A program made the translations under genes and the position numbers. A DNA stretch of 64,000 nucleotides from the human T2T-CHM13v2.0 reference genome, Homo sapiens: assembly GCF_009914755.1 (NCBI RefSeq), contig NC_060936.1, one strand, 5' to 3'. The notes under the pieces are model-generated. The model did no database searches, had not been told where the DNA came from, and was given only the letters and a program-made list of their open reading frames with translations. Positions 28,668 to 44,005 of this stretch are shown here, piece after piece; position 1 is the stretch's first letter, and each line of letters opens with the position of its first letter.

Positions 28668-30069
28668 TTTTGCTTCTGAAAGACAAAGCAAGAAGAATTT
28701 TATGTTCTGAAATAATCTCTTTGGGTACTGGGGATTCTGTAGTTATAAAAATGGCAGTTTACATTTTTATTTCTGGATATATTTCTTGCATTGTCCCAGG
28801 CACTTCTTATTTCTACCAGAGAAAATTGGTCACTGCCTCAAGGCATGGGTTATTTTAGGGAAGTCTCAAATATTTTACTCATTCAGATGCGATTTCAGGG
28901 AAGCCATTAAAAATGCGTTAGTTGGACTCATGTAATGAGAACATACTCTTCCCCTCTCATTCTCTTATAGATAAGATCTTTTAACTTACTATCTCACAGG
29001 CTATCTTTAGGGCACAAAATCCCTGTTCTCCCGAATGTCTGGATGGCTTTTCTTGCCTCTTATTTAATTTATAATAAGCTTATGGCTTCCCTCTTGTCTT
29101 TTTGCTTTAGCAAGTTGGCATTCTGTTTACTCAGAGATAAATATCTCTCTTCATTTATTGGGGAAAGGATATAATCACTTTTCCTTACTAATATTATACT
29201 TTAGTCCTTCACCATGTGCCCTTTGGATGCATATGGTCAATTCTCAATCCGGAGACATTTGTGGCACCTTGAGTACAAATGTTCAGACCAGTTTCCTTAA
29301 CTTTTGTTGAATACAAGAACAGAATTGCAATTTTAAAGAGAACAGAAGGAAACATAATTGGTGACAGAATTACCATTTATATCTTGGAAACAAATTCTGG
29401 AGGGTGCAGAGTACATTTCCTTTATTTTTTTAAAGGACATATATTCATTTACGCAGAGAGTTTAACAGCTTGATCTGCAGTACTGAATTGTGTAGATTGC
29501 ACTTAGTTTGTCCATTTCAGGTTTGTGTTGTAGCATTTCACTGAGATCTGTTAAATTGAGAAATTTTATTTATATCCATTAATTTTTAAAAGGATATAAT
29601 CTAAAACAGCCAACTAAAATGTTATATCCCTAATGGAAAAAATTTTGTTTATTGTTTTTGCTTCGGTTACATAGTACCAGCACAGTCCCTTGTATGTAAT
29701 AGACACCCCAAAATATTTGTTGAACAAATACATTACAGTATTTAATTACATTGTAATGTGTAAAGGCTTGAGAAATTGCGTGTTTCTGCCCCCCTCCGCC
29801 AAGTTTTTCTATTGAACTCATTTAATTTTACATTAGTGATTAGAAATGTTATTCCTGATAAATTGACAACTGGTGTTATTGCTAATTCACAGTAATTGTC
29901 AGTATCAGGAATTGTGAAACTACAGTACTCAGACTTCTAAAGTGCTGTAGTATTTATCACATTCCCCAGGTTTCCTGAGAAACTGAACTATAGGACATAT
30001 TACTACAAGAAATGTCAACTGTTGATGTCAAATCATAAGGGTATCAGAAATTTCAATTATTCAAATGAG

Positions 30070-30072
<3 letters not shown>

Positions 30073-30122
<50 letters not shown>
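30073..30122. repeat. (TG)25 microsatellite
   Basis: Uninterrupted dinucleotide run. Confidence 0.97.
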
Positions 30123-30126
<4 letters not shown>

Positions 30127-32238
30127 GCCACCTAAATGTGTTTCTAGACCTTTCGTGCACTGGGTATAGGACCCCCTCATCTGGAATAGAAGCAATCGAT
30201 ATTTCCACTTACCTGTAGTGACTCAAGTTCTGGGGCTATGCTTCTTTTACACTGGGTTTAAAGTACTCCTAATCTCCAAGTTTGGGATCCTCACTTTTAG
30301 GAGCTGGATCTTAAAGTGAAACTTCTCATACAAAAACAAGAGTATAATTACATCTAAAAGGCACTGCTTGGCAAGTAATACTGTTTATAATGAAAATATC
30401 TGATGGGTTGTTTTTAGGTGGATTTTTTTTTCCTAGTAACTATACGGGCCAAGCCTAGATGACAAATAAAAAATACTAGCTTTTCCCATGATTCAGAGCA
30501 CGTCCTTTTAGGGCCATGAATTGTTTGTTAGTTGTTGAGCAAAAATGACATGAATTATCTTGCTGATCTGGTGTCACTTTCCATCCAAATAGCTGCCACA
30601 TTGCCAGTTTCAACAACCAGAAACAAAATTAATGTCTCAAATAATCTTTCAATGTATTTTTTATCATTTTGTTTGCATGAAGCATGAACACTTATTTTAT
30701 TGACTAAAACATACTTGTGGGAAAATAAATTGACATTTTATTACAAATTTGTAAAGATAAATATTCACATTTTACTGCTTTTGTTGAGTTTATGTGATTT
30801 AGAGTTTTACAGAAAATACATAAGAATATGAAAGAAAATAAATAATATTTATAAGTATGAAAAATGATTTGGCTATAATTTCTATATTTAAATGAACTTT
30901 TCTGGACTAGAGTAATTCCCACTTTAGAATGTTGGCTGTCAAGTTTCATTTACATCAGTTGGCCTATACTTAATTTGAGAAATTCATTTATCTAAAGGAT
31001 TTTAAATCTGTAAATCTATAAAATATGGATTTATTAATCAAAGGATCAACTCAAACTTTAAGCAGTGTATTCCAATGAACTTTACATAACCCCATGATAC
31101 CAACAAAAGGATTAGTTATAAATTTTCCCAACTGGCTTCTTACTTTCATGTCTAGCCAGTGATAACAGGGACAATGCTGATGTACTAAAAAAATCTCTTT
31201 TTAAAACTTAATCCATAGACTCAGTTTGAAATCTCCTTTGGGAATTTCTCTCATTCATTCATGATTAATAGAGCTTCTTAAGTGGTGGAATATTCACCAG
31301 GAAATTTTCACCAAATGAAATATTGGTTCAGCCCTTGATTAGGAGGCGCCCAGCTGGAAAAGCTAATGTTGAGATCTCACAGTATTCTGATACTTCATTT
31401 CCAACATTCATCAACTTGTTATGACACTTTCTAATATATTCATCATAAACTCTTATAAGTCTGCATTTAGAACTTGAGGCCAATCCATGCACTGCTCTGT
31501 TATGCAGTTCTGAGGATTGTTCTTTAATAAGTAAATAACATGAAGAAAATGTTTAAAATAAAACACTAACTCCAATCTGGATACTGATTATATAAATCAC
31601 AAATTTCAAGATATTGTTATAGTCTTAAATATCCAAGCAAACTAAATATCTACATTCAAAGGAATTCCAAATACTAAATCATTTGGAAACTTTTTATATA
31701 AAGGTGATAAACATAACATCAAAGTATTCCTAACGTAAAAATTCAACCTCTCTTGATCCACATTCCCTAGAATTGTTCCCCATACCTGAAATATTGGATG
31801 TAATATTTATATCAGCATCTATGACCAAAATATAGTATTTCATGATAAAATCATTACTTTGTTCCTTGCTGATCTGGTATCAGTTTCCATCTGAACAACT
31901 TTTGTGTAGTAACAGTTGCAACAACTAGAAACAAACCTATACTTCCATATTATCTTTGAATGTATTTATTTTTATTGTTTGGAGTATAAAATATTTTTTA
32001 TTAAATAAAATATGCTTATAGTAAAATATATTTATCTGTTCATTTTTCTGATAAAACAAATATTTATATTAGATTATTGTGTTAAAGTAGCTCTTCATTT
32101 TGTCATTAATTATTCTGCATAGAAGCCCAGTGTCTCTATGTATTTGAAATGTACTCTCTAAATTCAGAGTTCCAGGAATACTGTTCTAAGACACGGTCAT
32201 ACTCTTTATGTAAAACAAGTGGAAATGTTAACCGGTGA

Positions 32239-32617
<379 letters not shown>

Positions 32618-32721
32618 GGTTCTTATTCTTTAGTGTGCATAAAGAAGGCTATATTTAAAAAATAAAGCTTACCCCAACCTATCAGCAGGGTTATTTCATA
32701 CAATCAAAGACAGCAGTTTTC

Positions 32722-33201
32722 TTTTTTTCTGTTACTTTTATTTTAGGTTTTGGAGCAGATGTGAAGGTTTGTTACACAGGTAAACACATGTCATGGGGGT
32801 TTGTTGTAGATATTATTTCCTCACCCAGGTATGAAGCCCAGTACCCAATAGTTATCTTTTCTGTTCCTCTCCCTCCTCCCACACTCCTGGCTCAAGTAGA
32901 CCCCAATGTCTGTTGTTTTCTTCTTTGTGTTCATAATTCTTATCATTTAGCTCCCACTTAAAAGTGAGAACATGTAGTATTTTGTTTCTGCCTTAGTTTG
33001 CTAAGGATAATAGCCTCCAGCTCCATCCATGTTACCACAAAGGACATGATCTCGTTCTTTTTTTTTTTTTATGGCTGCATATATTCCATGGTGTATATGT
33101 ACCACATTTTCTTTATCCAATCTGTCATTGATAGTCATTTAGGTTGATTCCATGTCTTTGCTATTGTGAGTAGTGCTGCAATGAACATTTGCGTGCATGT
33201 G
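32722..33201 (-). mobile_element. Old L1PA 3'-end fragment with diverged TSD
   Basis: L1PA13-16-like 3'UTR; AAAGACAGCAGTTTTC / AAAGACTGCATTTTTC flanks. Confidence 0.8.
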
Positions 33202-35014
33202 GAAAGACTGCATTTTTCAAAGCATCCCAGGTACAACTGATACAGTAGTTCATAAACAGTCATTTCGGAAACACTGCCCTGCAGTGTTGGAGGCACACTA
33301 TAAGGATCTAGCCTTGAATTTCTTTCTTGAGGGATATAGAGAGTGAATAAGAAGCAGTTTGTTAGACCTTGGGAATATCAGGTAGCAGCCAGAGTGTTAC
33401 CTTGCTTTGATGACGTCTCCTCATTCAGCCAAAATGAGACTTGAAAGATGGCTACTCAAAAGGGTCTCACAGGCATTATTGCATTTGCACTACCACTGTG
33501 GATCCAGGATCACTTTTCCCGGTGAAAAGTATGGAAGTTTCAACAGCTTACTGTTACTATTTAACTAGAAATTATTATAGTAGGAGAAGAAAAAATCTGC
33601 TTCATATAACTCCAAAAAGATACAACTTAAAAAAGAAAATCTGCTTTATTAATTTTTCTTGTAAGATATATCTATTTCAAAGACTAGAACATGACTTTGG
33701 CAGACCTCCTTTTTTCACATTCATTCACTCAGGTCCACTCTAGAGATCAAGGTGTCAGACAAAAATCTGCTTGGCATCCAAAGAATTAGAATAAACTGTG
33801 GGTTATTCTCAAGAGCTATTTCCATCAAGTTGTTGAAGCTTTATGTTTAGTCTTCTAATTTAGGAAATTGAATCTTGAAAAAGGTCCAGCAACAGAATCA
33901 GAGTATCTTCTTTTTGATACTGGTTGAAGAGATGCATTCTTAACTGCCAGTACACTTTATTGTCACATCTTAAAAACATCATTAGTTCATACCTGGCATT
34001 TTATAATCATAACTAAGTAAGTTATTTTGGCATCACAGTCATGCCTTTAAGAAAACTTGACTGAGTAATTTTATGGAGATTTAGAATACAATGTAGCTTC
34101 ATCAGTAATACAGTAAACAACTTGGTGAGGTGGGTTATGGACAGCTGATTTCTTCATTTATTTTTGGTTATTACCAGTTTTATTTTCAGAAAGTAACCTT
34201 TCTTTGTTTTGAAGAAAGCCCTGGTCAAAGATTATCCCTGGTGATTATCTCTGATTATCTCCTAACCCCTCTGATGAATAGCTGTTATCTTAACATAACA
34301 TTCTGCCTTTGAACCATGTCTTAAAATTAATGCAACCAGAAACACGATGTATGTTATTTATTCCTTTGTGGCAAATAGGGTAGTTTATGATTTGGTAAAC
34401 ATTGGTAGCTTCAAAACTACTGAACAAGTTCAAAATATATGGACTCATATTTTCTTAACTTGATCAAACTATTTATTAGCAAAGCGTCAAGATTTTTATC
34501 TGCTTCATAATATGTAGATCATCTGATAATTACCTTGAAGAAACAAATCCAGTTTATTTCCCTCTTCCCTTATTTAAATATTGATGAGAAAAAAGGTTTC
34601 AGTTTTCTTTCAGGGGAGGGAGCAGAGTGGGGGTTGGGAGCTATTTCTGCTCTCAGTACATGAAAAACTATGTTTTTTTTTTTTTTTTTGCTTTTATAGA
34701 GGAAAATGTATTTATCTATCTCTTGTAATTATTTTTTAATTTACTATTACTACCAAGACTACTAAGATTATAACTATACACAGAGATACATTATTACTTT
34801 GGTTGGCCCTAGGCATTTTTGCCTTCATGGGCCACTTCTTTTGTAATACATATACATATGCTAAAATTATATTTCATAACTGTTTGTATAAATGAATATT
34901 TCATCTCAGACTATACAATCTAGGTAGAGATCTGCCTGAAGTTTTATTTCTTAAATCTTAACATTTTAATAATCTCGCTTTGTCATTCTTCATTTAGTGT
35001 TTAGGAATTGTTAC

Positions 35015-36920
35015 TTTCTTTTTTTAATTAATAAAATTTATTTTTAGAGTAGTCATAGGTTAACAGCAAAACTGAGCAGAAAGTACAGAGTTCCCACATA
35101 CCTCAACCCCATACATGCACAACATTTCCTGCTATCAAAATTCTGCACCAGAGAGGTATATTTGTCACCATCAATGAGTCTACATTGACATTGTCACTCA
35201 ATGCCCGTAGTTTACATTAGGGTTCACTCTTGGTGTTTCATAATCTATAAGTTTTGACAAACGTATAATTACATGTATCCACTATTGTAGTATGATAAAC
35301 TATAGTTTCACTGCCCTAAAATCTGTGCTTTGCCTATTCATCTCTGCCTCCCACCAACCCATGACAACTAGCGATCTTACTGTCTAAATAGTTTTGCCTT
35401 TTCTAGAATGTCATTAAATTGGAACAATATAGTATGTGAATTTTTTCATATTGACTTCTTTCACTTAATAATATGCACTTAACTTTTCTCCACCTCTTTT
35501 CATGGCTTCCTAGTTCACTTCATTTTAGCACTGAATAATATCCTATTTTCTAGTTGTAGCACAGTTTATTATCCACTCACCTACTGAATGACATCTTGGT
35601 TGCTTCCAAGTTTTGGCGATTATGAATAAAGCTGCTATAAACATCTGTTTACAGATTTTTGTGTGAATATAAATTTTCAATTCATTTGAATAAATGCCAA
35701 GGAGTATTATTGCTGGGTCATTTGGTGAGATTTAATTTAGTTTTATAGGAAATTGTCAAATTGTCTTCCAAAGTGGCTGTACCATTTTGCATTCCCACCA
35801 GCAACGAATGTGAGTTTCTCTTGCTCTATATCTTCACCAGCATTTGGTATTGTCAGTATTTCTGGGTTTTGGTTATTCTAATAGGTACGTAGTGGTATCA
35901 CATTGTCTCGTTGTTATTTTAATTTTCAATTTTCTAATGAATATCATGCCGAACATCTTCTTATATGCTGGCTTGTCATCTGTATATATTCTTTAGTAAG
36001 GTGTCTGTTGAGGTTTCTTGCCTATTTTTAAATTAGTTTGTGCATTTTCTGATTGTTGACTTTTGTTCTTTGATATATTGGATAACAGTTCTTAAACAGA
36101 TACATCTTTTGAAATGTTGTCTCCCAGTCTGTGGCTTGTCTTCTCATTCTCTTGAGATTGTCTTTCATACAGTAGAAAATTTTAATTTTAATGAAGTCAA
36201 ATGTATTTTTTCTTTCCTTGATTTATACCTTTGGTGATTTTTGAACTCTCCTTCCTTTTGCATTTTATCTAAAAAATCATCATCATACCAAAGGTCATCT
36301 AGATTTTCTCCTATATTATATTCTAGGAGTTTTAACATTCTATATTTTACATTTAGGTCTTTGATTCCTTCTGAGATAATATTTTGTGAAGGGTGTAGTC
36401 TGTCTAGCTTCATGCTTACTCATGTGGATTTTGAGTTGTCCCAGGACCATTTGTTGAAAAGACCATCTTAGCTCTATTGTACTGGTGTTGCTCCTTTGCC
36501 AAAGATCAGTTCGCTATATTTGTGTGGATCTATTTCTGGACTTTCTATTCTGTTCCTTTGATCTGTCTATTCTTTCACCAATACCATACTGTCTCTACTA
36601 CTATAGCTTCATATTAAGTCTTGAAATCAGTTAGTGTCAGTCTTCTAACTGTTGTTTTCCTTCAATATTGAGTTGGCTATTTTGGATCTTTTACCTCTCT
36701 ATATAAACTTTAGAAACACTTTGTTGATATCCACAAAATACCTTGCTATAATTTTGATTGGCAGTGAGTTTAATCTATAGATCAATAAGGGAATAACTTA
36801 TATCTGGACAATATTGAGTCTTCCTATCCATGAACCCCCCCAGTGGGATATCTCTTGATTTATTTAGTTCATCTTGGATATCTTTCATTAGAGTTGTATA
36901 GTTTCCCCATAGGAACTATT
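35015..36920 (-). mobile_element. L1MC-type 3' portion
   Basis: TTTTAGAGTAG..ACAGCAAAACTGAGCAGAAAGTACAGAGTTCCC 3' end; degraded ORF2 peptide at 36165-36413 (IKDLNVK..LLEYNIGENL). Confidence 0.8.
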
Positions 36921-37076
36921 AGTTTTTAATTAGGGGATTAACTTTATTGAAGGAGTTCACTTTTCCCCTGTAACTATCAGCAGCCTGGTGAAAAGAGACC
37001 TACACTCTCTCCTTGAGAAGGGTTTCGGCTAGTAGTTCTAAATGGCTGAGCTTGATGGAAAGCTCTTGCTGTCTGA

Positions 37077-37307
<231 letters not shown>

Positions 37308-37870
37308 TAGACTTTTGCAAATACCTTGAAGATTTTTACCTTTATAATCCTTAGCAAGATTCAGGAGAAAATATAATTGTAGATGTTCCAGATCATGATA
37401 AACAGGGTAATATCCTACCTCTTTTGTTTTAGTCCTACTCTCAGTATATTTTACTAAGAGAAACAGAATATACCTCTATTTCTGAAATAAAAGACAACTT
37501 TTGGTAAGATTATTATAGTTATCTTCTGTTTAAAAGTTTATCTAATATTATTATTCTTTTCATAATGCATCTTTTTACACTCCAAATTCCAGCCTGAGTT
37601 TCCAAGTTTCAATCTTTCATTTGTGTTTTAGAAGAAAAAGGTTAAAGAACTAACTCTAAAACTTACTTTGTATATGACCTGATGCCATGCTTTTTAAAGA
37701 AATGTAACAACAACAAAAACAAAATCTAACTCTATCATTTTCCCTACAGTCACATTTTCTGAGATATATATCCTATGCTTGTATTATTTAAATGATTAGT
37801 ATATGGTTATTTAGATACATACTCTCCTTATCAAGATCAGGATTATTAACTTTTTTGTTGTTTTCAATAG

Positions 37871-38050
37871 GGATTCTCTACTTAAAGTGTTGCCTGCTCT
37901 GAGAATCCTCAATGGCAATATACTAAACTCTAATTCAGAAAGCCGCACTGAAGAACACAATCAACTGGGATCAGCAGGTTTCCTGGCACTTTGTCAGTCT
38001 CAGATTCGAGAATTCAACTTGCTAATTGAAAATTATATAACTGGAAAAGG
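37871..38050 (+). CDS. LRRIQ1: LRRIQ1 exon (DSLLKVLPALRILNGNILNSNSESRTEEHNQLGSAGFLALCQSQIREFNLLIENYITGK)
   Basis: ttttcaatag| acceptor, GG|gtaaga donor, 180 nt, phase 2-2; WRDSLLKVLPALRILNG resembles an LRR cap. Confidence 0.9.
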
Positions 38051-40243
38051 GTAAGATTGTGATCTTCCCATTGATGTATTTAGAATCAATAATGTAATTT
38101 ATAAATGTGATTTTAAAGTATTCTGATTAACACAATTATACTTTTTTGGATTAGAACAGTGTGTTTTGGGGATATTCTACCTTTAAAAACTTTGGACATC
38201 ATGTTTTTATTCTTGAAATATATTAATATGTATTTTGAACATAATTTCAAATATTTAAATGCTACAATATTAGATAAAGAAAATGAAAGCATGTGGATAG
38301 CATCAAGACAAGAGGCAAAAATTCATAATTATTCAGTCATAATTTTATTCAATAATTATTGTAGGCAAGACTATTTATCCCCAAATAATTCACAAATTAA
38401 CATAAGAGAAAATTGGGTAAACACCTAGAATAGAGTGAGGTAAGTTTTATAACACATGTAATTTATATTACATATTAAAATAGTGTACATATACTTACGT
38501 ATCAAGGTATCATGGGAGCACAGTAGAAAAAAGCAGTCAGCACTTGCACCCATTTAGACTACAGAAGTTGACAGTAATCAGAATCAAATGTTGAAGAAAG
38601 AAAACTTCCTATTCCCCACCTCGAATTCTGAATGCATTATAATTGATATTTCTAAAACTGTACTTTTTAATTTGCATTATGTCAGGAAATGTAAATTATA
38701 AACAAAGATGATTTTGTATTGTTTCACTTACAATGACTCTTCATTGCAATTGGAAAAATAACATGCACTTCCAAATGTCTAAATTTTCCTACTAAATTAT
38801 ATTCTTAAGGTTTTGCTATTGATACTTTTATATATGCTTGTCCTATGTAAAAGTTCGTTTTCTGTGTAAATATTTTTGAACATAGTCTATTTTGATTAAA
38901 AAGAAATCTCACATCATTAAAAATAATTTCAATTGTTATAAGTAATGTTTAATGTAACAAATACTGCGATTATTTACATTTGTCTTTATGCAAATCTAAA
39001 ATAATATTTACTTGTATATATGTGGTAATATACAATTTTGTATGTAAAGGTGACTCTTCACATTCCCTTGAAGTCCAAATTTCAACATGAGATTTTAAAT
39101 GTAGTCCTTTGGAACTTAAGTTTTATTTTAGCATTGAAAATGGAAAGACTATAGGAAGAAAGAAAATTCTAATTTTATAATATGTAAAATAGACTATATT
39201 TTATATGTTGAATGCATAAGTGGTGGTGAGTTCAACAAGTAACCATAAACACTTAATATTCTAATATTGAACTTTTTTTGCATTATTAGCCAATGAAATG
39301 AATGAAATACAAAATATAAAACATATATTGGATGAGCCTATGCTAATGTCTAAAATTACCTTTGTGAACATAGGAGCTATCAAATTGTCTCTACATTTTT
39401 GGAAATAATTGTAACTTTCATTTTGTTTGATGTGATTAACATTTTATTTTTTATATACTGTATTTTTTCAGAAAAAAATTAGGCAGCTTGTGGCAATATA
39501 TTAAATATAGCCAGAAAATACAAGTTAGAAATAAGCAAAAATTTTTAGACATGAAATAAAAATAAAGGAAGACAAAATGTAGCCAAGAATAAGGCTCATA
39601 CAAGTGAAAAGTCCTTTACATTTCTTACTGAGAACTTCAAATCCAGCCAACATTAAATTTTGATTAATTATACAAGTTATAAAATTCAAAAGCTAGAAAT
39701 CCAATCATTGTTCAAGAGAATCTTAGCCATTAATGTCTTAAAGTACTTGAATTCTCTTTGCAATAGATTATTATTTTTCCAGAGATAAATGGGAATAAAA
39801 ATTTTCCCATAATGTAAGTTCTTTGTTTAAAAGTCCAATACAAATATTTTGCGTGGCAAAAGTCAATGTAGAAAGCACTTTTAACTTTATTTCATAAATA
39901 ACTTCTCCAAATTTAGTCAGCCATGATTTCTCATGTTTATGGTAATAAAAGCATGAATTTTTCTCATTCATTTATACCAAAAATACCTAGAATAAAAATG
40001 GTCCTAAAACTTCCAGACATTTTGTCTGGACTGATGGATCTAAATTAACTAAACAAATGTTTTCAAATTTTGTTATAAACGAGATCAATTTTTATATAAA
40101 CAACTAGAAATAATCTATAATGAATGTTGTACTGAAGTTTAATATTCATTTGAGGCCATACAGTGAAATTTTCAAAACTTGCACAAGTTTTAATATTTGC
40201 TGGTACTATTCTTATTAAATGTTCTCATCATTTATTTGTTCAG

Positions 40244-40693
40244 AGATGTATTTACCTTGGATACTGCAGAAAATCTCTGTCATTATTTTAAGAAATTGAT
40301 GATACTTAGTACTGAATACCGACATGCACACGAACGAGGGGATGTAACTATCACCAAGAAAGATGAATCAGAAGCCCAGAAAAATCATTTGGCCCCTACA
40401 AACAGTGACAGCACTCTGCAAAATGGAGTCTTCTACTCTTGTGCACGTGAAGGTGAGCCAGACTCACCAGATATTCCTGAGAAATGGATGGACTCTGTCT
40501 CCAGCCACTCCCCATTAAGCAAATCCGCCACATGTGAAAATATGGAAGGAAGACATCAGGAAATATTAGTATGTCAGAAGAGAGAAGACAGCAAGGCAAG
40601 CAGTATTCCCACCATAAGAATCCCATTTAAGGAAGTAGTAATGACAAATTCTTTGCTGAGGAATCACCAAAATATTGAGCCTAGTGAAAAAAT
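40244..40693 (+). CDS. LRRIQ1: LRRIQ1 exon, 450 nt linker (DVFTLDTAENLCHYFKK...NIEPSEK)
   Basis: ttgttcag| acceptor, AT|gtaaga donor, lies in ORF 40197-40697, phase 2-2. Confidence 0.9.
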
Positions 40694-41070
40694 GTAAGAT
40701 ATATAAATAATGTTTCTTTTATAGATGTATGTTTACTCCTTTTGATGGATGATATTAGTCAATGGTACCTAGTAATTTGCTGAAGGATTCAAATCACAAT
40801 CATATTTCATACCGATTCCATTATGTTTTCGTGAGGTGCATTATGTTTTCATGAGGTGCACAAATCATTAATTATAGTGCATATTAATTTGATTAAATTC
40901 TCATTTAATTTCTAGTAGTATTTAAATGAGTAAATGTGAGTTTTTTTCTGCCTTGTAATTTCTAAATAATTAATATGTTTTAAGGAGAAATAAAATATCA
41001 CAGTCTAAAAATAATAAAAACATTTTCTGAGTAATCAAGTATTTTCATTTTTTAAAAATATACCTTTGCA

Positions 41071-41522
<452 letters not shown>

Positions 41523-44005
41523 TTAATCAAGTAAACCCCCTTATAACCATTAAATAATTTTAGAAAGCTAATGACTATTGAACCAGCAAGGATTAGGTTT
41601 TACTTTGGCCTGTCAATTTCTTCTTGTTCTTTTTACTTTTGGCCTCAGAGTCAAGCTAAGAAAAGAAAAATTGCTCAGATTTATCTTCTCTTATAAATTA
41701 CTGGTGCTGAGCAGTGCAAATATCAGAATATCACAGTAACTAGCAAATCTTGCTTTTCCCAGTCTTCCTTTTTTCAAAAGTTGTCAGGGTAAAGAGTAAT
41801 TTTTATTACTCTGGGAGCTAGGTTAAGTAATTTGATATGCTGAAACTAACTTGTTTCCTAATGTAAATTTTTAATATTTATCAAAAGTGGCTTTAATATT
41901 TTCTGATTTATGTTTTATCAGTTTATTTAATTGGTTGCCTTTGCTCCAAACACTTCAAACGTTGCCTATTGAAATTTCATATAAACAATATTTTTAACTT
42001 CTTAATCCTAAATAAAATAGCCAAATGATGATAGTAAGTAAGGAAGAAGAACTGAAAATATAGATAAACTAAAGACCCAAAGAATAAACGGGAAAGAAAA
42101 TGTATACCCGTTGCTGAATCTTAACATTCAGTGATTCAGGAGATTCACTGCCAATTGTATAAGAGTTTCCTAAGAATTATTTGCATGTGCTCTTATTCTA
42201 AAGACACTTTTGACATTATAATTTTGCCAAAAACATGATGATCATGATGATGATCATGGAGTTGTTTTTCTTAACCTGTAGTGCACCCTACATTCAGGAA
42301 ACCATAAAGTCAGCTTCTTTATCTGCTTTCAATGTAGTGAAAAGCAGTCCATATGTTAGTGTCACTGAAGAAAATACCCCTCATCTACCTTCTGTTTTTG
42401 TTTTCCCTGGGGAATTTTGATGATATTAGGCTGAGGAATTCATGCAATCAATGACTTTACAAGAAATTCACAGTTACAGTTCGTGAAACTTGCATGTGTC
42501 TATAAAGAAATATAAGATACTGTCTCAGGTTTGATGTGTTTTCCCATAAGCCTTTTAATTTTTACTGGTTACATATTACAAATGTGTTTTCTGATTCTTT
42601 TATCACCCAAAGTGCCTATTAAAGGTGCTTTGAAATCCCCTAATCCATTTTTGTTCAAAAGATGAAGTAATGAATGGATGATTGAATGAATAAATGTGAA
42701 TTATATTTATATCAAAATTTACAAAGTTCTGTTTACCCTAGGAGGAGGAAATGATTTGTTGGAATATGAATATTTTTTTCAAAGTACTGGAAATTCAAAT
42801 AGCTTATCTTAGACCATATATTTTAGCCTTTAACTTCAATATTCTATTCGTAGTAAAACAGATTGGAGCCTTCTACTGGCCTTACATAAAATGGGGATGA
42901 TGATGTTAACAATGATGATGATAGTAATACCGATAATAAGCCAAAACAACAATAGAAAATGGCTTCATAATTCCTTTCTAATTTCCCAGAAATGTATTAC
43001 TATGAGAAAAAAAATGTGTGGTCATATCTAGTAGAGTTTATCACTTCATTCCACTTTGCCTTAAACTAAATTGTATAAGGAATGGAGAAGTTTCATTGGA
43101 TTTGGCAATTATAAAATTATTGAAAACTATTTCAAGGGAGCATTAGGAAATGGAGATAGGTCAAGAATTACTAATCTTTTTAAGCCAATGTCAGGAATTT
43201 GAAAAGAGAGTAAGAGAGAATAGTCAGCACTTTGACTACACTCTTTACCTTGTAATATTCCTCTAATAATCTATGTTGGGAAAGTAAAACATTTCTGATT
43301 AGTAAGAGTTAAATTACTAAACACACTGACAATCCACTTTTATAATCAATGTACATTTTAAATCACGTTTTGCTAATGTTGCTGGGCAACTTAAGGAGAT
43401 ATGGAAAACACATAACATTGATCCATTCAGTGCCTGAAATTGGCAAATAGATGTGGACCAGAAAAATGTTAAGTATTTACTACTGAGTCTGTAAGAGTGT
43501 AATTTAACTGTTTGTGGGCAGAGAAGAAAGTGAAGCTCCTAAGCACCTGATAGGGTCCTTCCTCTTACAGTAAAGGAAGCCTCCTTCCTCTTACATTCGA
43601 AGGTAATTTCTCCACAAGGAATAGGATTTTACCCGCTCTTGCCAAGTAAACATTGGCTCCTACATTTGTCCTCTCTCTTCTGCCTCACCACTTTTTCCCC
43701 TTCTCTCTGGACAAATATCCCCAGAATGATACAAGATCTCTATAAATCTCTCTCCTTAAAAGAAACAAATGAAACTCCCTTTTACCCACATACCCAACTA
43801 CTGGCCCATTTCTTTTCTTCAGATTGGAAGGTTTTCTTACTATTTTTACTTCTATGACAATGGTTAAACAAAAGAAGTGGTCTTATTTTTAAATAATACT
43901 TTATGTGTTCTTTGTTTAAAATCTTGTTTAGGAGGACCTTTTATCTACAACTCTGTATTTACAGATAATAAAAAAAGTGTGTGTTTTTTTTTCTCCTCTT
44001 AATAG

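Noticed and set aside
30560-31900. DGK*HQI / DGN*YQI read as a laminin-G/pentraxin DGxWH motif
   Set aside because: Both copies have TGA at the W position and flanking residues do not extend the match; kept only as part of the broader lectin-like hypothesis.
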